From: Octopus sinensis
Taxonomy: Eukaryota
Length of the DNA stretch: 64,000 nt
Direction: 5' to 3'
NCBI RefSeq assembly: GCF_006345805.1
Contig: NC_043007.1
Span: 70,618,001-70,682,000 of the forward strand
Shown here: one piece after another, positions 1 to 15,300 of the stretch
How the letters are laid out: every line of letters starts with the position of its first letter
Numbering within the stretch: the first letter of the stretch is position 1
Notes under the pieces: model-generated
The model's input: the letters and a program-made list of their open reading frames with translations, nothing else
The model's database searches: none
What the model was told of the DNA's origin: nothing
Program-made: the position numbers and the translations under genes

Positions 1-947
1 AATGCTTTTTACATGGCACAAACACAGGTGAGGTCAGTTTTGGCATGGTTTTTACAGCTGGATGCCTTTCCAAATGCCAACCACTTTACAGCATGGACTG
101 GATGCTTTTTACATGGCACCAGCACTGGCAGGGTCACCAAATATCTTGCTGTAGAGGATGTACATGGTTACCCGGCCAGAGAGAGAGAGAGAGAGAGAAT
201 GAGGAAAGAAATAGATGTGCCGCTGTCAAGGAGATACATGGCTAACCAGCTTGAGGGAAGGGCAAGAGAGAAAGAAAGAGCAGAAGACAGCAAGAATGCA
301 AGAGAGAGCATACTCACAAGGAATGGAGATCAGGATATAAATGGGATGTAGAGAGATAGATGGTAGCAAGTGCCAGGGCATACTCTCAAGGTATGGCAGT
401 CATAATATAAGTGACATAAATCGCCCAAAATATGCTAGACCAGAGTTAACAGTGTCTTCAAATATTTCAGTCTAGGTCTGTGTGGGGGCATGTGCCATTG
501 CAGTGCATCACTGCATTCCACTTTTGTCAGTATATTCTTGGGTCCTCCCAGGAAACATGTTGCACAGAGTCCTCCTTCTCAGTCCCCATCTCCAAGAGAT
601 ACTTCCTCATCTGCCATGACCATGAGGTATGTGGTTGGACAACATGAACTATCAACCCAGCTGGGTCCTCAGTGAAGAGAACACAGTAAACAGGGTCTAA
701 CTCGGAAAAATCAAGCAATATGGCCAAACAGTCTGAGCTGGCACTTCCACATCATACAAATAACAGGACGCATCCTAGTTGAGTTAGAATCTGAAGTCTT
801 AAAAAAAAAAAGGATTTGGACAAGCATAATTATTTTCTTTATAGAAAGCTAAACTTTTTAATTAAATCAATTAGCTATTGTCATATTTCACAATCATCAC
901 AACTAAAAAATTCCAATAATAAAGTTCCATTATAAATTTTAGGAATA

Positions 948-1268
948 TTATTTTATTTTCTTCTTTTTAGAATTGTGTAAATTAGACACTTTTGATTTTA
1001 TTGACCGAACAAGACTGTCTAAAGATTGTTCACCAGTTGAGTGTGAATTTGTGGCATTCATCTGTGAATAATTTTCAGAAGAGCCTGAAATACCACTGGA
1101 ATTCTTGCGTTTTGTGGGTGTTTGTGTTCTTTCGTTATAGCGCCGCCGAAGTTTCTCTTCAATCAACTCCTCCATTCCAGCACTCTTCTTATAGTCAGGA
1201 GCAGATTTATCAATATTATAGTGACCAGATGTGAAAACTGCTTCAAACCGTTTATCATTTACATCAAT
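948..1268 (-). CDS. ESF1: ESF1 last coding exon (NUC153 domain, stop codon)
   Basis: Acceptor ttttgtag; IDVNDKRFEAVFTSGHYNIDKSAPDYKKSAGMEELIEEK...KKKKIK*. Confidence 0.95.
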   Translation of the reverse strand: MDVNDKRFEAVFTSGHYNIDKSAPDYKKSAGMEELIEEKLRRRYNERTQTPTKRKNSSGISGSSENYSQMNATNSHSTGEQSLDSLVRSIKSKVSNLHNSKKKKIK

Positions 1269-1919
1269 CTACAAAAAAATAAAAGTGTCTTAGAAACATC
1301 AAGTTGCGCCATGTATCTTAATTATAAGTAATTCTATGATAGAATTCATTAAGTTCTTTGTTACAAAAAGCAGTAATTAGTAAATTTGATTTTCTTTTGC
1401 TATACACATCATTTTATGAATATCATAATTAACTAACTTGATAGAGAATAAGGCATTTGGTCAAAGGATATATATATATATATATATACTTCTCTCCTTG
1501 TTTTTTTTTTTCTGTGTCCCTTTCTGTAGAAGAGCATAGGCTCGAAACGTAAAAGACATTTTCTATTCCTGAGCGTTATACTAATACATCTGTTTGTTTT
1601 GTACACCACCTGTCTTTGTCTTTTTCATAAACTCTCCCTCTCTCTCTCTATATATATATATATCATTAACTCTCTCACCAAATGCCTTATTCTCTATATA
1701 GATAATTATGATCTATACTCTCTCCAGTACAGCATAACCAAAGACAGGCTGCTTAATTCTCAATGGGGCAGCTCTTTATAAATAGGCATCCTGCATAGGT
1801 GCTACTCAAACAATTGTGCCAACAAACATAAGGAGTATTTGGTCAGCTTGTAGTGTTGAGTTCAAAGCCTCACTGGGCCCAAAAATAAACAACTACAATG
1901 TATTTTCCGAAAGAAATGG

Positions 1920-1971
<52 letters not shown>

Positions 1972-3277
1972 ATACCCTTTTCTCAACATTACATGATGGT
2001 TTATATGAGCAATGCTGTAATGTAAGCAACGGTGTCCATTTCTAGTCTTCAGTGAAAAACATGTCAGGCTATGAGGAAACATCATTTGTTTGGAAACCGG
2101 TAAAGGCTGGTGACAGGAAAGGTGTTTAGCAGTAGAAAATCTGCCTGACTCAAGCACAGAAAAATAGACATTAAATGAGAGGATTATAATTTCAATGTAG
2201 CTTTCTAGAAGGTGTGATAAATGAAACTCTCATTCCGACATTGCAGTGAATCTGTAATAAAGTCAGACTTTACAGCAGCCGTAGCAATACTGACACAGGA
2301 CTAGACGTTTACAAGACAAGGAGGGAACCTCTATGTAGTTGTACAATCTAGGAGAAACAACAGCCAAATATCTCTCAAATCATATCCTACTGCCTTAAAA
2401 AGAAAAGGATGCATTAGATAATGTAGTCATAGATATCTCCAAACCAATGAGATGTTCATGGTTGGAATGTCACTGACCAGAAATCTACTCAACTAAAATA
2501 ACAAGGAAGAAATATTTACCTTGAAATCATCATCTGTTTTTGATTTCTGCTGCTTCAGTTTCTTCTTCTTGGACTTTTTCTTTTTGTCTACTTTTTTTCC
2601 TTCGATATAGTCTTCAAAATCAAAGTGGTGCTTACTCTTCTCCTCATTATCATTATCATCAGCCATCAGCAAAGCAAGTTCTTCCTGCAACAAGAAAAGT
2701 CAAACATCTCAAGAATTATTCTATAAGCAACCATATTAATATTACTAAGTAAATCATTATTATTATTATTAGGGTGGTGAGCTGACAGAATTGTTAGTGT
2801 GCTGGGACAAAATGCTTAGTGGCATTTCTTCTGGCTTTACATTCTGAGTTCAAATTCCACCAAGGTCAGTTTTGCCTTCCATACTTTCAGGGTCAATAAA
2901 ATAAGTACCAGTTGAACACTGGGGTTGATGTAATCAACTTATACTCTCCCCAAAATTTGAAATCATAATCATTATTATTTTGCCATGGTTGGCTTTGTCT
3001 TTCATCATTTCGAGGTCAATAAAATAAGTACCAGCTGAGCACTGGGGTTGATGTAATTGACTAGCACCTTACTCCCAAATTTCAGACCTTGTGCCTATAG
3101 TAAAAAAAAATTATAATTATTATGGTGTTGAACTGGCAGAATCGTAAGTGCATTGGAGAAAATGTTTAGTGCTATTTCTCTCAGCTCTTTACATTTTGAG
3201 TTCAAATGCTATCGAGGTCAACTTTGTCTTTCGTTCTTTTGGGGGCTGATGAAAAAATAATGGTGTTCTCTGTAGGT

Positions 3278-3316
<39 letters not shown>

Positions 3317-6300
3317 TGTAAAAAGCACCATCCGAACGTGGCCGATGCCAGTGCCGCCATGACTGGCTTCTGTGCCGGTGGTACGTAAAAATCACCAACC
3401 AATCGTGGCCATTGCCAGCCTCACCTGGCACGTAAAAAGCACCCACTATACTCAGAGTGGTTGGCATTAGGAAGGGCATCCAGCTGTAGAAACACTGCCA
3501 GATCAGACTGGAGCCTGGTGCAACCTCCTGGCTTCTCAGACCCTGGCCAAACTGTCCAACCCATGCTAGCATGGAAAACAGACGCTAAGCAATGATGATA
3601 TATGCAGATATAGAAGTTTGTGTCATGTTTGCAGCTATCTTTGCACTACATATTTCTTGAGATAGTTTCCTTCAAGAGGTCAGGATGGTAGTTTTCTAAA
3701 ATTGAAATTGCTATGTGTGTGGTTTAAGTTTTCACTTTGAGACAATTTTTCATTTTGACTGGCTACAGTCCAAAGTTGTTGCTTGTGGAGTATGACCATT
3801 TTGTTTGTTTATTAGTTTATATAGTTGTGGTTGCATTTCTAATTACAATCTCATTCATGCTTGTTATATCCATGTAATTAGTTAAAGACTCTTTATTACT
3901 GTTTCTTTGTTTCTTTAAAAAAGAAAAAAAAAACTTTAATGAAAACCAAATTATTTTCAGCAGATTCTAAATCCCTGATGTTCAAAATTTAGTAGACCAA
4001 AAATAAAATTTTAAATGTCTTTTCGTAAGATTACTCAACACTCCATCAGAAAGCATGAGGTAATAAAGGAGAAATTACGAGATTAATTGACCAGCTAGAA
4101 ATAGCAACCAATACGCCATCAATATAAGATTACATGATTGAAATACTTAGAACTGTGTTCAAAAAAAAGAAAAGAAAAAAACCCCAGATGACTTGAAAAA
4201 TAACTTTTAAAATACATTTCAATTCATATTTTGTTTTTATCATTTTAAAACTTATAAGTTGTTTAAAAGAATTTATAAATATTTAGGGTATTTTTCAGTA
4301 AATTTCATATCCATTATGTTTGATCAATCATTTTACCAAATTGATTTTTTTGTTATAAATATGTTGTTTTTTTTTTGCAAGGAAATGTCACGCAACCAAT
4401 ATACTTTTCATTAAAATGTATTTTAACAAAAATAGATTTTCAATGACTGTCCCTAATGCCAAGTCAACAAAGAAAGAAAACACAAAACAACAGACTATGA
4501 AATAAAATCTTCAGGTAAACCCTTCTAGAACTTTGGAATCAACCCACCTTCTCTTGTTTTTTAAGCTCGATTTCTTGTTCCGTCAGGTTTTCAGTACTAT
4601 CTTCAGCAAGTTTCTTCTTTTTCTTCTCTTTTTTCTTTTGAGTTTTAGATTCTGAAAGTAAATAATTAAATAGTAAATGAGTAATTAATGTTAAACTTTG
4701 TAGTTAATTCTTTTAATCCTTTTCAAGCATCTCCCCAAGTTATAGAAAATGTGTGTGTGCGTGTGTGTGTATGTGTAAGGTATCTAAGAGTCCATAAGTC
4801 AGGAAAAAATGCACTTATATATCTGTCAGCAGAGTGGGTATATTAATTGAAGTGTACAGTATTATATATTTATTATGGCCAATCTTACCAATTGGTTTTG
4901 CACTAGAGGTTCAATGGAGTGTTAGGTAACAGTCCGATTATGTAACCCTGCGCTCCTCAGAGGTAGCTATTATGGAATGAAATAGTCACCATATATCATT
5001 CCATAATGGCTACCTCTGAAGGGCATAGGGTTACGTAACTGGACTGTTACCTGACACTCTGTTGAAGTCCTTGTGCGAAACCAATCAGTAAGATTGTCAG
5101 TTATGGATTTGCAATACTGTACTCTTTGATTAATATAGATGTGTGTGAAAGCAAAAATTTATTAATACAAAGAGTTAACTTCATGGTTGCTCAAACTTAT
5201 TTCTCAACCAGATTCTTTCTGTAGTGTTCAAGCAATAGTGAAAAACTGACAATGCTACAGCTCAGTATATTTTTACTATTTCTCAATACTGTCACCTTAG
5301 CAGTCACAGACTCCATCTTTATTAGTCCCTCTATAATAGAAGAAATGACGCAAACTATGGACCAGTTGATAACTGTCAATGGAATTTCTTTTATAATTTC
5401 AAAATAAAGAGTAAAGTTAAACTCACTTTTATTGCTGTCAGTTTTAAGTTCACTGCTGAAATAAGGATCGTTTAAGTCTACATCAGAGGGCATATCATCA
5501 TCACTGAACAGGGTTTTCTCCTCAGAAGTTTCCTTTTTAGCAGCAGCCTGAAAGAAACCAAGAAATAGAACAGCCATAGAGATGAAAGAACTTTGACAAA
5601 AACAAATGAAATATAATATTCAAACCATGAAAATATAAAAAGGGAAATGTTGATCTTGGCAAAAAATGAATACATACAAATTTGGTAGTAAAGCAAATAT
5701 AATAAAATCTAAGGGAAATTAATGGGGGTAGTGGTTGTGACAGGAAATATTTATCCACAAAAGAATCTGTAGATAAGGAGTTGAGTTAAAGAATGAAAAA
5801 AAAAAAAAAATCTAATGTTTCAGTCAGTTGTCTTTCTTCTGAGAGAGAAAGATGGAGACTATAGGGAAATGTTACTTTAGTCACAATTTGGCAACCAAAG
5901 CTGTAATATATGTACATATTCTCACTCAATAAGACATGAGAGACTTTCATTCCTCATGGCAAGTCAAATGGAATCCACAAATAACAATGACAATACCATC
6001 AAACATGAAAAAAATCTGGCAGTAAAAATAATACTGAACATATAACTTTGTACAATAATCTTATTGCTATGAATGGTTATATTCTCATTTCCTGATCACA
6101 AGAACATTATTTAACCATATTAAATAAACTAGTCACAGAGCAATTGATTGGACATACACACACACTATTCACTTGTTTCAGTCATGTGACTGTGGCCATG
6201 CTGGAGCACCACCTTTAGTTGAACAAATCAACCCCAGGACTTATTCTTTGTAAGCCTAGTACTTATTCTATCGGTCTCTTTTGCCAAACTGCTAAGTTAC

Positions 6301-9300
6301 GGGAATGTAAACACACAAGCATCGGTTGTGAAGCGAAGTTGGAGGGACAAACACAGACACACAAACATATATATATATATATATATATACACATACATAT
6401 ATATGACGGGCTTCTTTCAGTTTCTGCCTACCAAGTCCACTTACAAGGCTTTGGTCGGCCCAAGGCTATAGTAAAAGACACTTGCCCAAGGTCCACGCTG
6501 TGGGACTGAACCCGGAACCATGTGGTTCGTAAGCAAGCTTCTTACCACACAGCCACTCCGATGCCTATAGATATTATTTCTTTTACATCTTTCTAGTGAA
6601 ACTCTTTTCAATGCAGATTGTATATATTTTACCTACAAAGGGTTTTCTAACTGGAAAAAAAAAAAAAATGGTGGTGCTATCTCTAGAAAAATTTGAGTTT
6701 CTAACATAAAAATAGAGCCAATGTTTCTTAAGGGCTTTAAACTATAAAATGTGAGAGGAAGAGGCTGTCATATTGTTTATCTAGGATCTCCTTCAAATGA
6801 TACAATGTAGTTTTTCTTTCTTACTTCAAATGAGAAAACAAACTACACAGCATTCTAATAAAATACTTGTCAAGTATAGTGATCTTGTTATTGTTCCAGC
6901 TGTACCCAAGCATAACATTTACATAAAGATAGACTGACAGAAGTAGTGAGATTAACTGGGCGACAGCAAAAGTGCAGCACTGCATTGGTAGTGGAATACA
7001 AAACAGTTGAAACTTCAGTCAACAATCTGATATTCATTTAACCAGACTAGATGTAATTCTCTGAGATGGTGTCGTGGGAGGAAGAAACAGTAAAAAAAAA
7101 AAAAAAAATTGCTAAAACGTAAGTGACTACCTTTCGTGCAGATTTTTTCTCTTTCCGTTTTGTTTTTACTTTGTCAAGGTAATCCAACCAGGGAGTTGTA
7201 GTCTGTTTCTTACTTCTTTGCTTGAGAAGGCCTTCAGTCTTTTCTTTTAGGCCTTAAATAAAAATTAAAAACTTATGTTGATACAATGTGAACATCTCAT
7301 AGTAAAGAAACATTTTGAAATAATCTTAGTAAGATCAAAAGAGATAACTTTTTAAGATATTACAAAGCCATGCCAACATGGAAAACAGACATTAAATGAT
7401 CAGGATGATGATGAAGGCCATTGTCAAGTAGAAGTTGAAAATCCCATATAAAATCAACATGAAACTGCTTATTCCATCAAACAAAGTTTCTGTCATTATA
7501 AGAACCAAATTTAAAGATGTGTAACTTCAAAGGAACAATATATAATACAAAATTATGTATTAGTAGCAGCTGACCTCAATCCAATAGGGATTCCTATCTT
7601 TAAGGAAGGTAAAAAGGTCATTTAGAGGAACGATAGCATATAGCACATTGGAAAACATTTACACCTGCCTTTGAATTATGTAGGTAACCAGATTTAGTAT
7701 CAGATCCAAAAAGAAACAGAACCACTCCTACACAATGGTGGTTTGCTTTATGCAGAATAGTCAAGAGGTGAGTGATACTTGTTATGGCTAATATGGGTCT
7801 TAGCAAGTTGGAAGTTAGTGCTTTGCAAAAATATAAAGGATAGAAAGAAAAAAAAAAGTGAAACAGAACATAATAGTAAAAATGTTTGTTGAGAATTGAA
7901 AAGAAAGAAACAATTTAACTTTCACAAGATAAAAATGTAGAAGCAATGAGGAGCACAGACCAATGTAATAGCAGTAGAAGTGGTAGCAAGAGAACCACAG
8001 CACAATGAGGAATCAGAAATTTAATCAACAGAATTTTGAACAAAGAAGCTTTGATCAAATAACGATTGATTTTTTTTTTCCCTTTGTGCAGTTACCAATG
8101 ATTAAAGATGATATACTATCCTATGACCAGGCTCCAACCTGGGCCATAGCAACAAAGTCTGCTCAATACACTTCTTGGTCCAATATCACTGCCTTGAAGT
8201 CCTGAATACATTCCAGGCCAGTGTCTGTGGTCAAGTTGTTGATCTGAGAGTGATAACATTTTCCTCTTCTTACATCATCATGAGATGGATTCTAGAAGAC
8301 TAATTTGGATGCTTCCAGCTCAGTGTGGTGCTCGCAGTGAGCAGATAAATCTCAACCATCTTTGCCTGATCTTAATGCTAACTTTCGACAGGTCTCCATA
8401 AAGGTATTCATTTATGATACGTTGCTGCATTTCACATTTAGATGATATACCATGGCAAATAAAAGTACCTTATTGCAAGGAATTTACAGATCTTGTTGTG
8501 AGTTAACAACTTTTCAAAGTATCTCTCCATTCTAAAGAGAAGGCCGAGATTCTCGTTATGCAGATAATGATGTACCAAATGGTTAGCCTCAACATTTGTA
8601 GTGAAAGTTATTTGTAAATTTAAAAACTTTCAACGTTACTATAAAATCCAGTAGCTTCAATTAATATTTCAAATAATGAAGAATTTAGTAAAATAAACGT
8701 GTCATTACAAAATTTCTGGTTGGAATAAATTAACATGGAATTTTGATGGAGGCTTTTAATTTAGACCACTTTTATGTCAGTGAACCAGGGGCAGCCTCAG
8801 GGCAGATTCATATCAAAACAGTTGAAAAACAACAACAAAAACCCTATAATTCCTACAAAAAACTGAATGCGAAACCTTGATCACATCATTTTTTTACATC
8901 CTTGTTTTTCTTTTTCTCTATTGGAATTGATTCGTCACAACTTCTTGAAGCAATATTCTATGGCTGGATGCCTTCCTTATTATCATCATCATTTAACATC
9001 CACTTTCCACACTGGCATGTAGTGAATGGCTTGACTGGAGCTGCACCAGGTTCCATAGGCAGTTTTGACTTGGTTTCAATGGCTGGATGCCCTTCCTAAT
9101 GCCAACCACTTTACAGAGTGTACTGGGTGCTTTTCATGTGGCACTAGCACCCACACCATGTAAACATGGCACCTTGGGTTTGATGCCAACCATTACTTGT
9201 TTCACCATTAAGATACTTTATTTCACATCATCTGTAGAAACCAGTTACTGGAGACATAACATCAATGTTGAAGTGGTATCGAACACATACAACAATTCAC

Positions 9301-12300
9301 TCTCCACCCCAACCACCTACATAAAGGTATAATCGACCTGGTCATTAGAAAAATTAATTCCATACCTGGCTCCCATGTTATTTCCATTTCAACATTTCCT
9401 CGCTTCTTTTTCATGTTTTCTGTGGCAGCTTCAAGCAACTTTTTATATTTGTTCATTTTCGCTTCTCTTCCTTCTTCGTTTTCACTATCACTCTTACCAG
9501 AATGGTCATCACTGTCACTTCCTATGGCATCAAGTCCTGCAAAAACACAAAACAACAAAGACATCTTTTATTGGAGCCACAATCTTCACTGATGTAGACA
9601 AGAAACTGGACATCAACAAAATATAACCCAAGCATCACTAATCAGCCAGAATAGGTTTAGACCAATGGTTCCCAAACTTTTCTGGGCTGCTGCCCCCTTG
9701 GCTCCCAAGCCACATTCCTAGCAACGTTCCCCTCCCCCATCATCATCACCACAAATTCAAAACAACTGTATTTCACAAATAAAACTTAAGCTAATTAACC
9801 TGTATTTTCGTTGTCTTTATATCCATTGCTCTCTATTCGCCACCCCATTATCATCCTACTTTTCTTTACCCCTCCCCCACTTTGAGACACTGCCCATTTT
9901 GGAAACCACTGGTTTAGACCAAAGTGTGAAGGATTTGTGTAGCAGTTTGTTCTACATAATGAGATAATTAAGCAGCAACTTAGTAAATACCTTGTTAATT
10001 GTGAGAAATTCCATGATAATTACTCTTAGCTTCTATGAGGGTTACATGGAATTAGTTAAACTACGTGTTACTAATTGTGCAATAATTTCATTAATAATCA
10101 TATCTTTGACTAATTGTTTGATGTCATTAATTCTAGGAAATATTAAAAAATGAGACCTTCATTTTCAGTGTCATCAGAACTTGAAGCCAAATAAGCTTTG
10201 AAGTCATCCATTATCACATCTTGTTTCTTGGAAAATGTTTGCGTGGTGAGTTCTACTCTGTGGCGATTCGTTTCATCCCAGCTCAGAGACACCTGCAGGA
10301 AAACAGAACATTGGTCTAAAGAGATTCATCATTTAATGATTATGAATTGAAAAAAAAAACTGTTTAAGAACTTCAAAATATATATATTTAATAAGCAGTG
10401 GTTTCCAGAGCAGGTGGCAGCTACTGTTAATATGAGTGGGGAAATGAATTAGGCCATTTTTTCCGGAACGTTGAATACAACAAAAAACAAAAAGCAAATT
10501 CACACAATTTTCTTATTCCACTTCAAGTTAAGCTGAAAAGCTGCTGAAACAGCTTGTGATATCAACGATGCATTTGGCCCAGGAACCACTAATGAATGTA
10601 CAGCACAATGGCGGTTCAAGAAATTTCGTAGTGGTGATGAGAGTCTTGAAGATGATAAGCATAGTGGTCAGCCACTGGATGTTGACAACAATCAACTAAG
10701 AGCCTTAGTCAAAGCCAATCCACGCACAACCATTCGAGAGCTTGCTTCTGAATTAGATGTAAGTATACGACAATTTCCAACCACTTGAAAGAGATTGGAA
10801 AAACAAAAATACTTGAGAAATGGGTGCCACACAAATTGAACGACAACCAAAAACAAAAAAGACTGTTTTCATCCATCACAGCTTTTTGGATCCAGGCGAA
10901 ACCATTATGGCAGAGAAGTACTGTCAGTAAATGGATGAAATGCGTAAGAAACTCCAACAACAACAGCCAGTATTGGTCAATAGAAAAGAACCAATCCTTC
11001 TTCACGACAACGCTCAGTCGCATGTCGCACAACTGACCCTGCAGAAGTTGAACGAATTGGGCTACAAAACTCTGCCTTATCTGCCATACTCACCAGACCT
11101 CTCACCTACCAACTACCACTTTTTGAAGCATCTCGTCAACTTCCTGTGTGAGAAATGCTTAAAAAACCAAGGTGATGCCAAACACGCCTTCAATGACTTC
11201 ATTGCCATCAGAACACAGGATTTTTATGCTACTGGCATAAATAAACTTGTTTCGCATTGGCAAAAGTGTGTTGATTCTGATAATGTTTATTTCGATTAGT
11301 GCATCTGAATTTAAAGGTTGTTAAAAACCGCAAGAACTTTCTTGACAACCTAATAGAAAATAATAATAAAAAAAGAATAAGTCCCTGTCTTTTATTTGTT
11401 TCAGTCATCAGACTATGACCATGTTGGGGCACTATCTTGAAAAATTTTTAATCAAACGAATCAACCCCAGCACTTGAATTTTTAAAGCCTAGCACGTCTA
11501 TCAGTTTCTTTTGCAAAACCACTAAGTTACAAGAATGTAAATATACCAACATTTATTGTCAATTGGTAGTGGGGGACAAGCACAGACATTATATATATAT
11601 ATACAGACACACACACACACAACAAGCTTCTTTCAGTTTCTGCCAACCAAATCCACTCACAAGGCTTTGGTCAGCTCATGGCTATAGTAGAAGACACTTG
11701 CCTAAAGTGCCATAAAATTGGACTGAACCTGGAACCATGTGGTCAGGAAGTAAGCTTCTTACCACACAGCCATGTCTTCATCTTCTGTATCAAGAATAAT
11801 AGAATTATGAAAATCTAAATGGTTCTGTGAGGATGTTGAGTTTGTGGTAACTTGAAATGAATTTATTTTACCGTAGAGGCACTCATAGCATTGTTCACAA
11901 ATTGGTTTGGTTTGTATTGGTCTTTGGAAGGCATCTCAGTGCAAACATCCCGAGCAGTCTCAGTAAATTCCATATCAGCAGGTATAAATCTGAAAATTGC
12001 AGAAGGATTGTTGACACAAAAATATCGAAAGTTTGAAGAAAAAGTTGTGGAAGAGGGAGACTCGGGAAGACATGGGATGAAATATTAAAGGCTCATCTCA
12101 AAATGCTGAACCTTACAAAGGAAATGACAGAGGACCTAGATACGTGGTGCATTGCTGTACCAGAGAAAACCCGCCCACAACAGAATAAGGATCCTAAAAC
12201 CAAGGTACTATGTAAAAGGCACCCAGTACAGTTCGTGGTGTGGTTGGTGTTAGAAAGGGCATCCGGCCATAGAAACTAAGCCAAAACAGACAATATAACC

Positions 12301-15300
12301 TAGTGCAGCTCCTGTCCCTGTCAGTCTGTCAAACGGTCCAACCCATGCCAGCCTTGAAATCAGATGTTCAATGTTGATGACGATGAAGTTATGATTAGTG
12401 AAAGAATATATTTCAATACTTTTTTACTTGTTTCAGTCATTTGACTGTGGCCATGCTGGAGCACTGCCTTTAGTCGAGCAAATCGACCCAGGAGTTATTC
12501 TTTGTAAGCCTAGTGCTTATTCTAGCAGTCTCTTTTGCTGAACCGCTAAGTTACAGGGACATAAACACACCAGCACCGGTTGTCAAGCAATGGTGGGGGG
12601 GGGACAAACACAGACACACAAACATATATACGATGGGCTTCTTTCAGTTTCCATCTACCAAATCCACTCACAAGGCTCTGGTTGGCCGAAGGCTATCGTA
12701 GAAGACACTTGTCCAAGGTGCTACGCAGTGGGACTGAACCCAGAACCATGTGGTTCATAAGCAAGCTATTTACCACACAGCCACTCCTACGCCTATAGTT
12801 ACTCCGCACAGCCACTCCTACACCTATATAATATAAATATGAACAATGGATAAATAAAAGATCAGTTTTTTTCTATTCATTTTTTAAAGCAGAAGACAAA
12901 CATGTTTTAAGCTTTACAGAGAAGTGCATTAGCTTGAAAAGTGAACACAAAGGCAAGAGTTCAAATCTTGCTACAGCATGATGTATCTCAAGGTACACTG
13001 GACTATTAACAATCTTTACTAGTTTATGGTTTCAGGGTTACAGGAAGAAAAGATATCCCGCTATAAATATTCTTTGCTCTAATAGTAAAATATATCTAAT
13101 ACTTATTTCCAGTTGTAAAAATACCTCAGTACCATCATTATCATCCTTCAATGTCCATTGTTCACACTGGCAAGGGTTTTGACGGTTTGACAGGAGCTGG
13201 CAAGGCCAGGAACAACACCAGGTTCCATTGTCTGTTTTGGCATGGTTTTTACAACTGGGTGCCCTTCCTAATGCCAACCACATTAGAGTGTACTGGGTGC
13301 TTTTTATGTGGCACCATTACCAGTGCTTTTTACGTGGTACCAACACTGTACTTTTTACACGACACCATCACTGACAGGGTCACTAAGTACCTAGCAAGAC
13401 AAAAACCTCTCAACTGATAGTAGCACTGAGTCAGGGTAGGTGGCTGGATTTGTGGCAGTTGAGAGATTAAAGCTATAGAGGGACAGAGATAGGAGTCTTG
13501 CTGTAGAGCAGATACATGAATAAACCTCAGTTGCAAAAGAAAGGAGAGTAAGTTAGAGGGAAAGATAAAGAGAGTGGGAGAGTCAGTAAGTAACAATCAT
13601 AAGATCAAATGTGAGAAAGTGAAATTTTAAAAGACCAAAAATTTGAATATCAAATACTATCATATCAAGAGATTAAAACAGCTATTTTAGGGGAAAATAG
13701 TAAAAGCTATTGATTTCTTTTGATTGGTTGCCTTGACAAGTTTTGTAGTGGAAGTTGTAATCAACTGAATTGAAAATGGCCCTGAAAAACTAACTTCATA
13801 TTGGGGAAAGTTTGAATATGATTCTTTAATTATTCCACTGACCCCAACCTTATCAACAAATAAAAAAAAACTAAGTCAATCTCAGTGGGGTCTGAACCCA
13901 GAAACAGGAAAAAAAAAACATAAGATTACATATGAGATAATTTGTCCCTCCTTAACTATGTGTAAAAGTTCTCATGGCTTTGTTAGTTACAAATAAATAA
14001 GTTAGAAATACTAATTGAGGAACTAAAATGAAATTTTTTATATTACTTACCGCATATCAAAGCTGGTCCTACTTTGTTCATATTCACTGCCATCAAGTTC
14101 ATTATAAAGATAATTGGCAGTGTCCTCACAATCACATTCAACCACAGAATAATAATATTTCATTCGAGTTATTTCATATTGACGTAACTTTTCATTATGG
14201 AAAGTATTTCCTACAAACACACAAACAGTGAAGAAAACTCAAGTAGTAGTTTAATACAGTATACATTAAAATATGTACATATAATAGATATTACTATATT
14301 ATGTTTCTTTATCAGCCACACAGGGCTGCACAAAGACGGGACAAATTACAAAGTAGGGATTTTCTTTTTGAGGAGAAAAAAAAAAATTGGGGTAGGTTTT
14401 TGATCAAAAGGGATCGTAAAAAGGAAAAAAAAAAGATCAATAGGGATCGTGTGATGGTTTTTTTTTTTTTTACTATATTATATATATATACAATATAATA
14501 ATGTTGATGAACATTGCCTCAAATACAAGAAGGACTGAGAGTTGTCTAATTACTCTTGTATATGACTGGTATTAATCTTAAAGTAATAAAGGGTAAAGCT
14601 GACCCAGGTTAGGATTTAAATCAAAACCAAAAGGCATTGTAATAAAATAGTGCAAGGCATTTACTCCACTATGCTATAATTTATAGCACTGTACTGAACT
14701 GATAAAAGTGACATTTAATACAAGGCTTCAGATGTGTATGAGAAGGTTGTAGTCAAGTGAATCAATTGCTGTGTATTATTGGTATTTATTTTATTGATCC
14801 CAAAAGGGGATGAAAAACATGGTTGACAGCAGAGTGATTTGAACTTAAAATAATCTCTGAATTTCTTCAGATGCTTAGTGATATTTTGTCGTCTTTATGT
14901 TTTTAGCGCTAACAGCTCCATCCGAGCGGGATCACTACCAGAGCAGCTGTCTGGCTTCCGTGCCGGTGGCACATAAAAAGCACCATTTGAGCATGATCGT
15001 TACCTGTGTTGCCTTACTGGTACTTGTGTCGGTGGCATGTGAACAAAACATTCGAGTGAGGTCGTTGCCAGTGCTGCTGGACCGACTCCTGTGCAGGTAG
15101 CACGTAAAAAGCACCATTTGAGCATGGCCGTTGCCAGTACCGCCAGACTGGCCCTCGTGCCGGTGGCACGTAAAAGCACCCACTACACTCTTGGAGTGGT
15201 TGGCGTTAGGAAAGGCATCCAGCTGTAGAAACTCTGCCAGATCAGACTGGAGCATGATGATGATGATGAAATACATTTCCGACTCCCATGTAACAAATTT

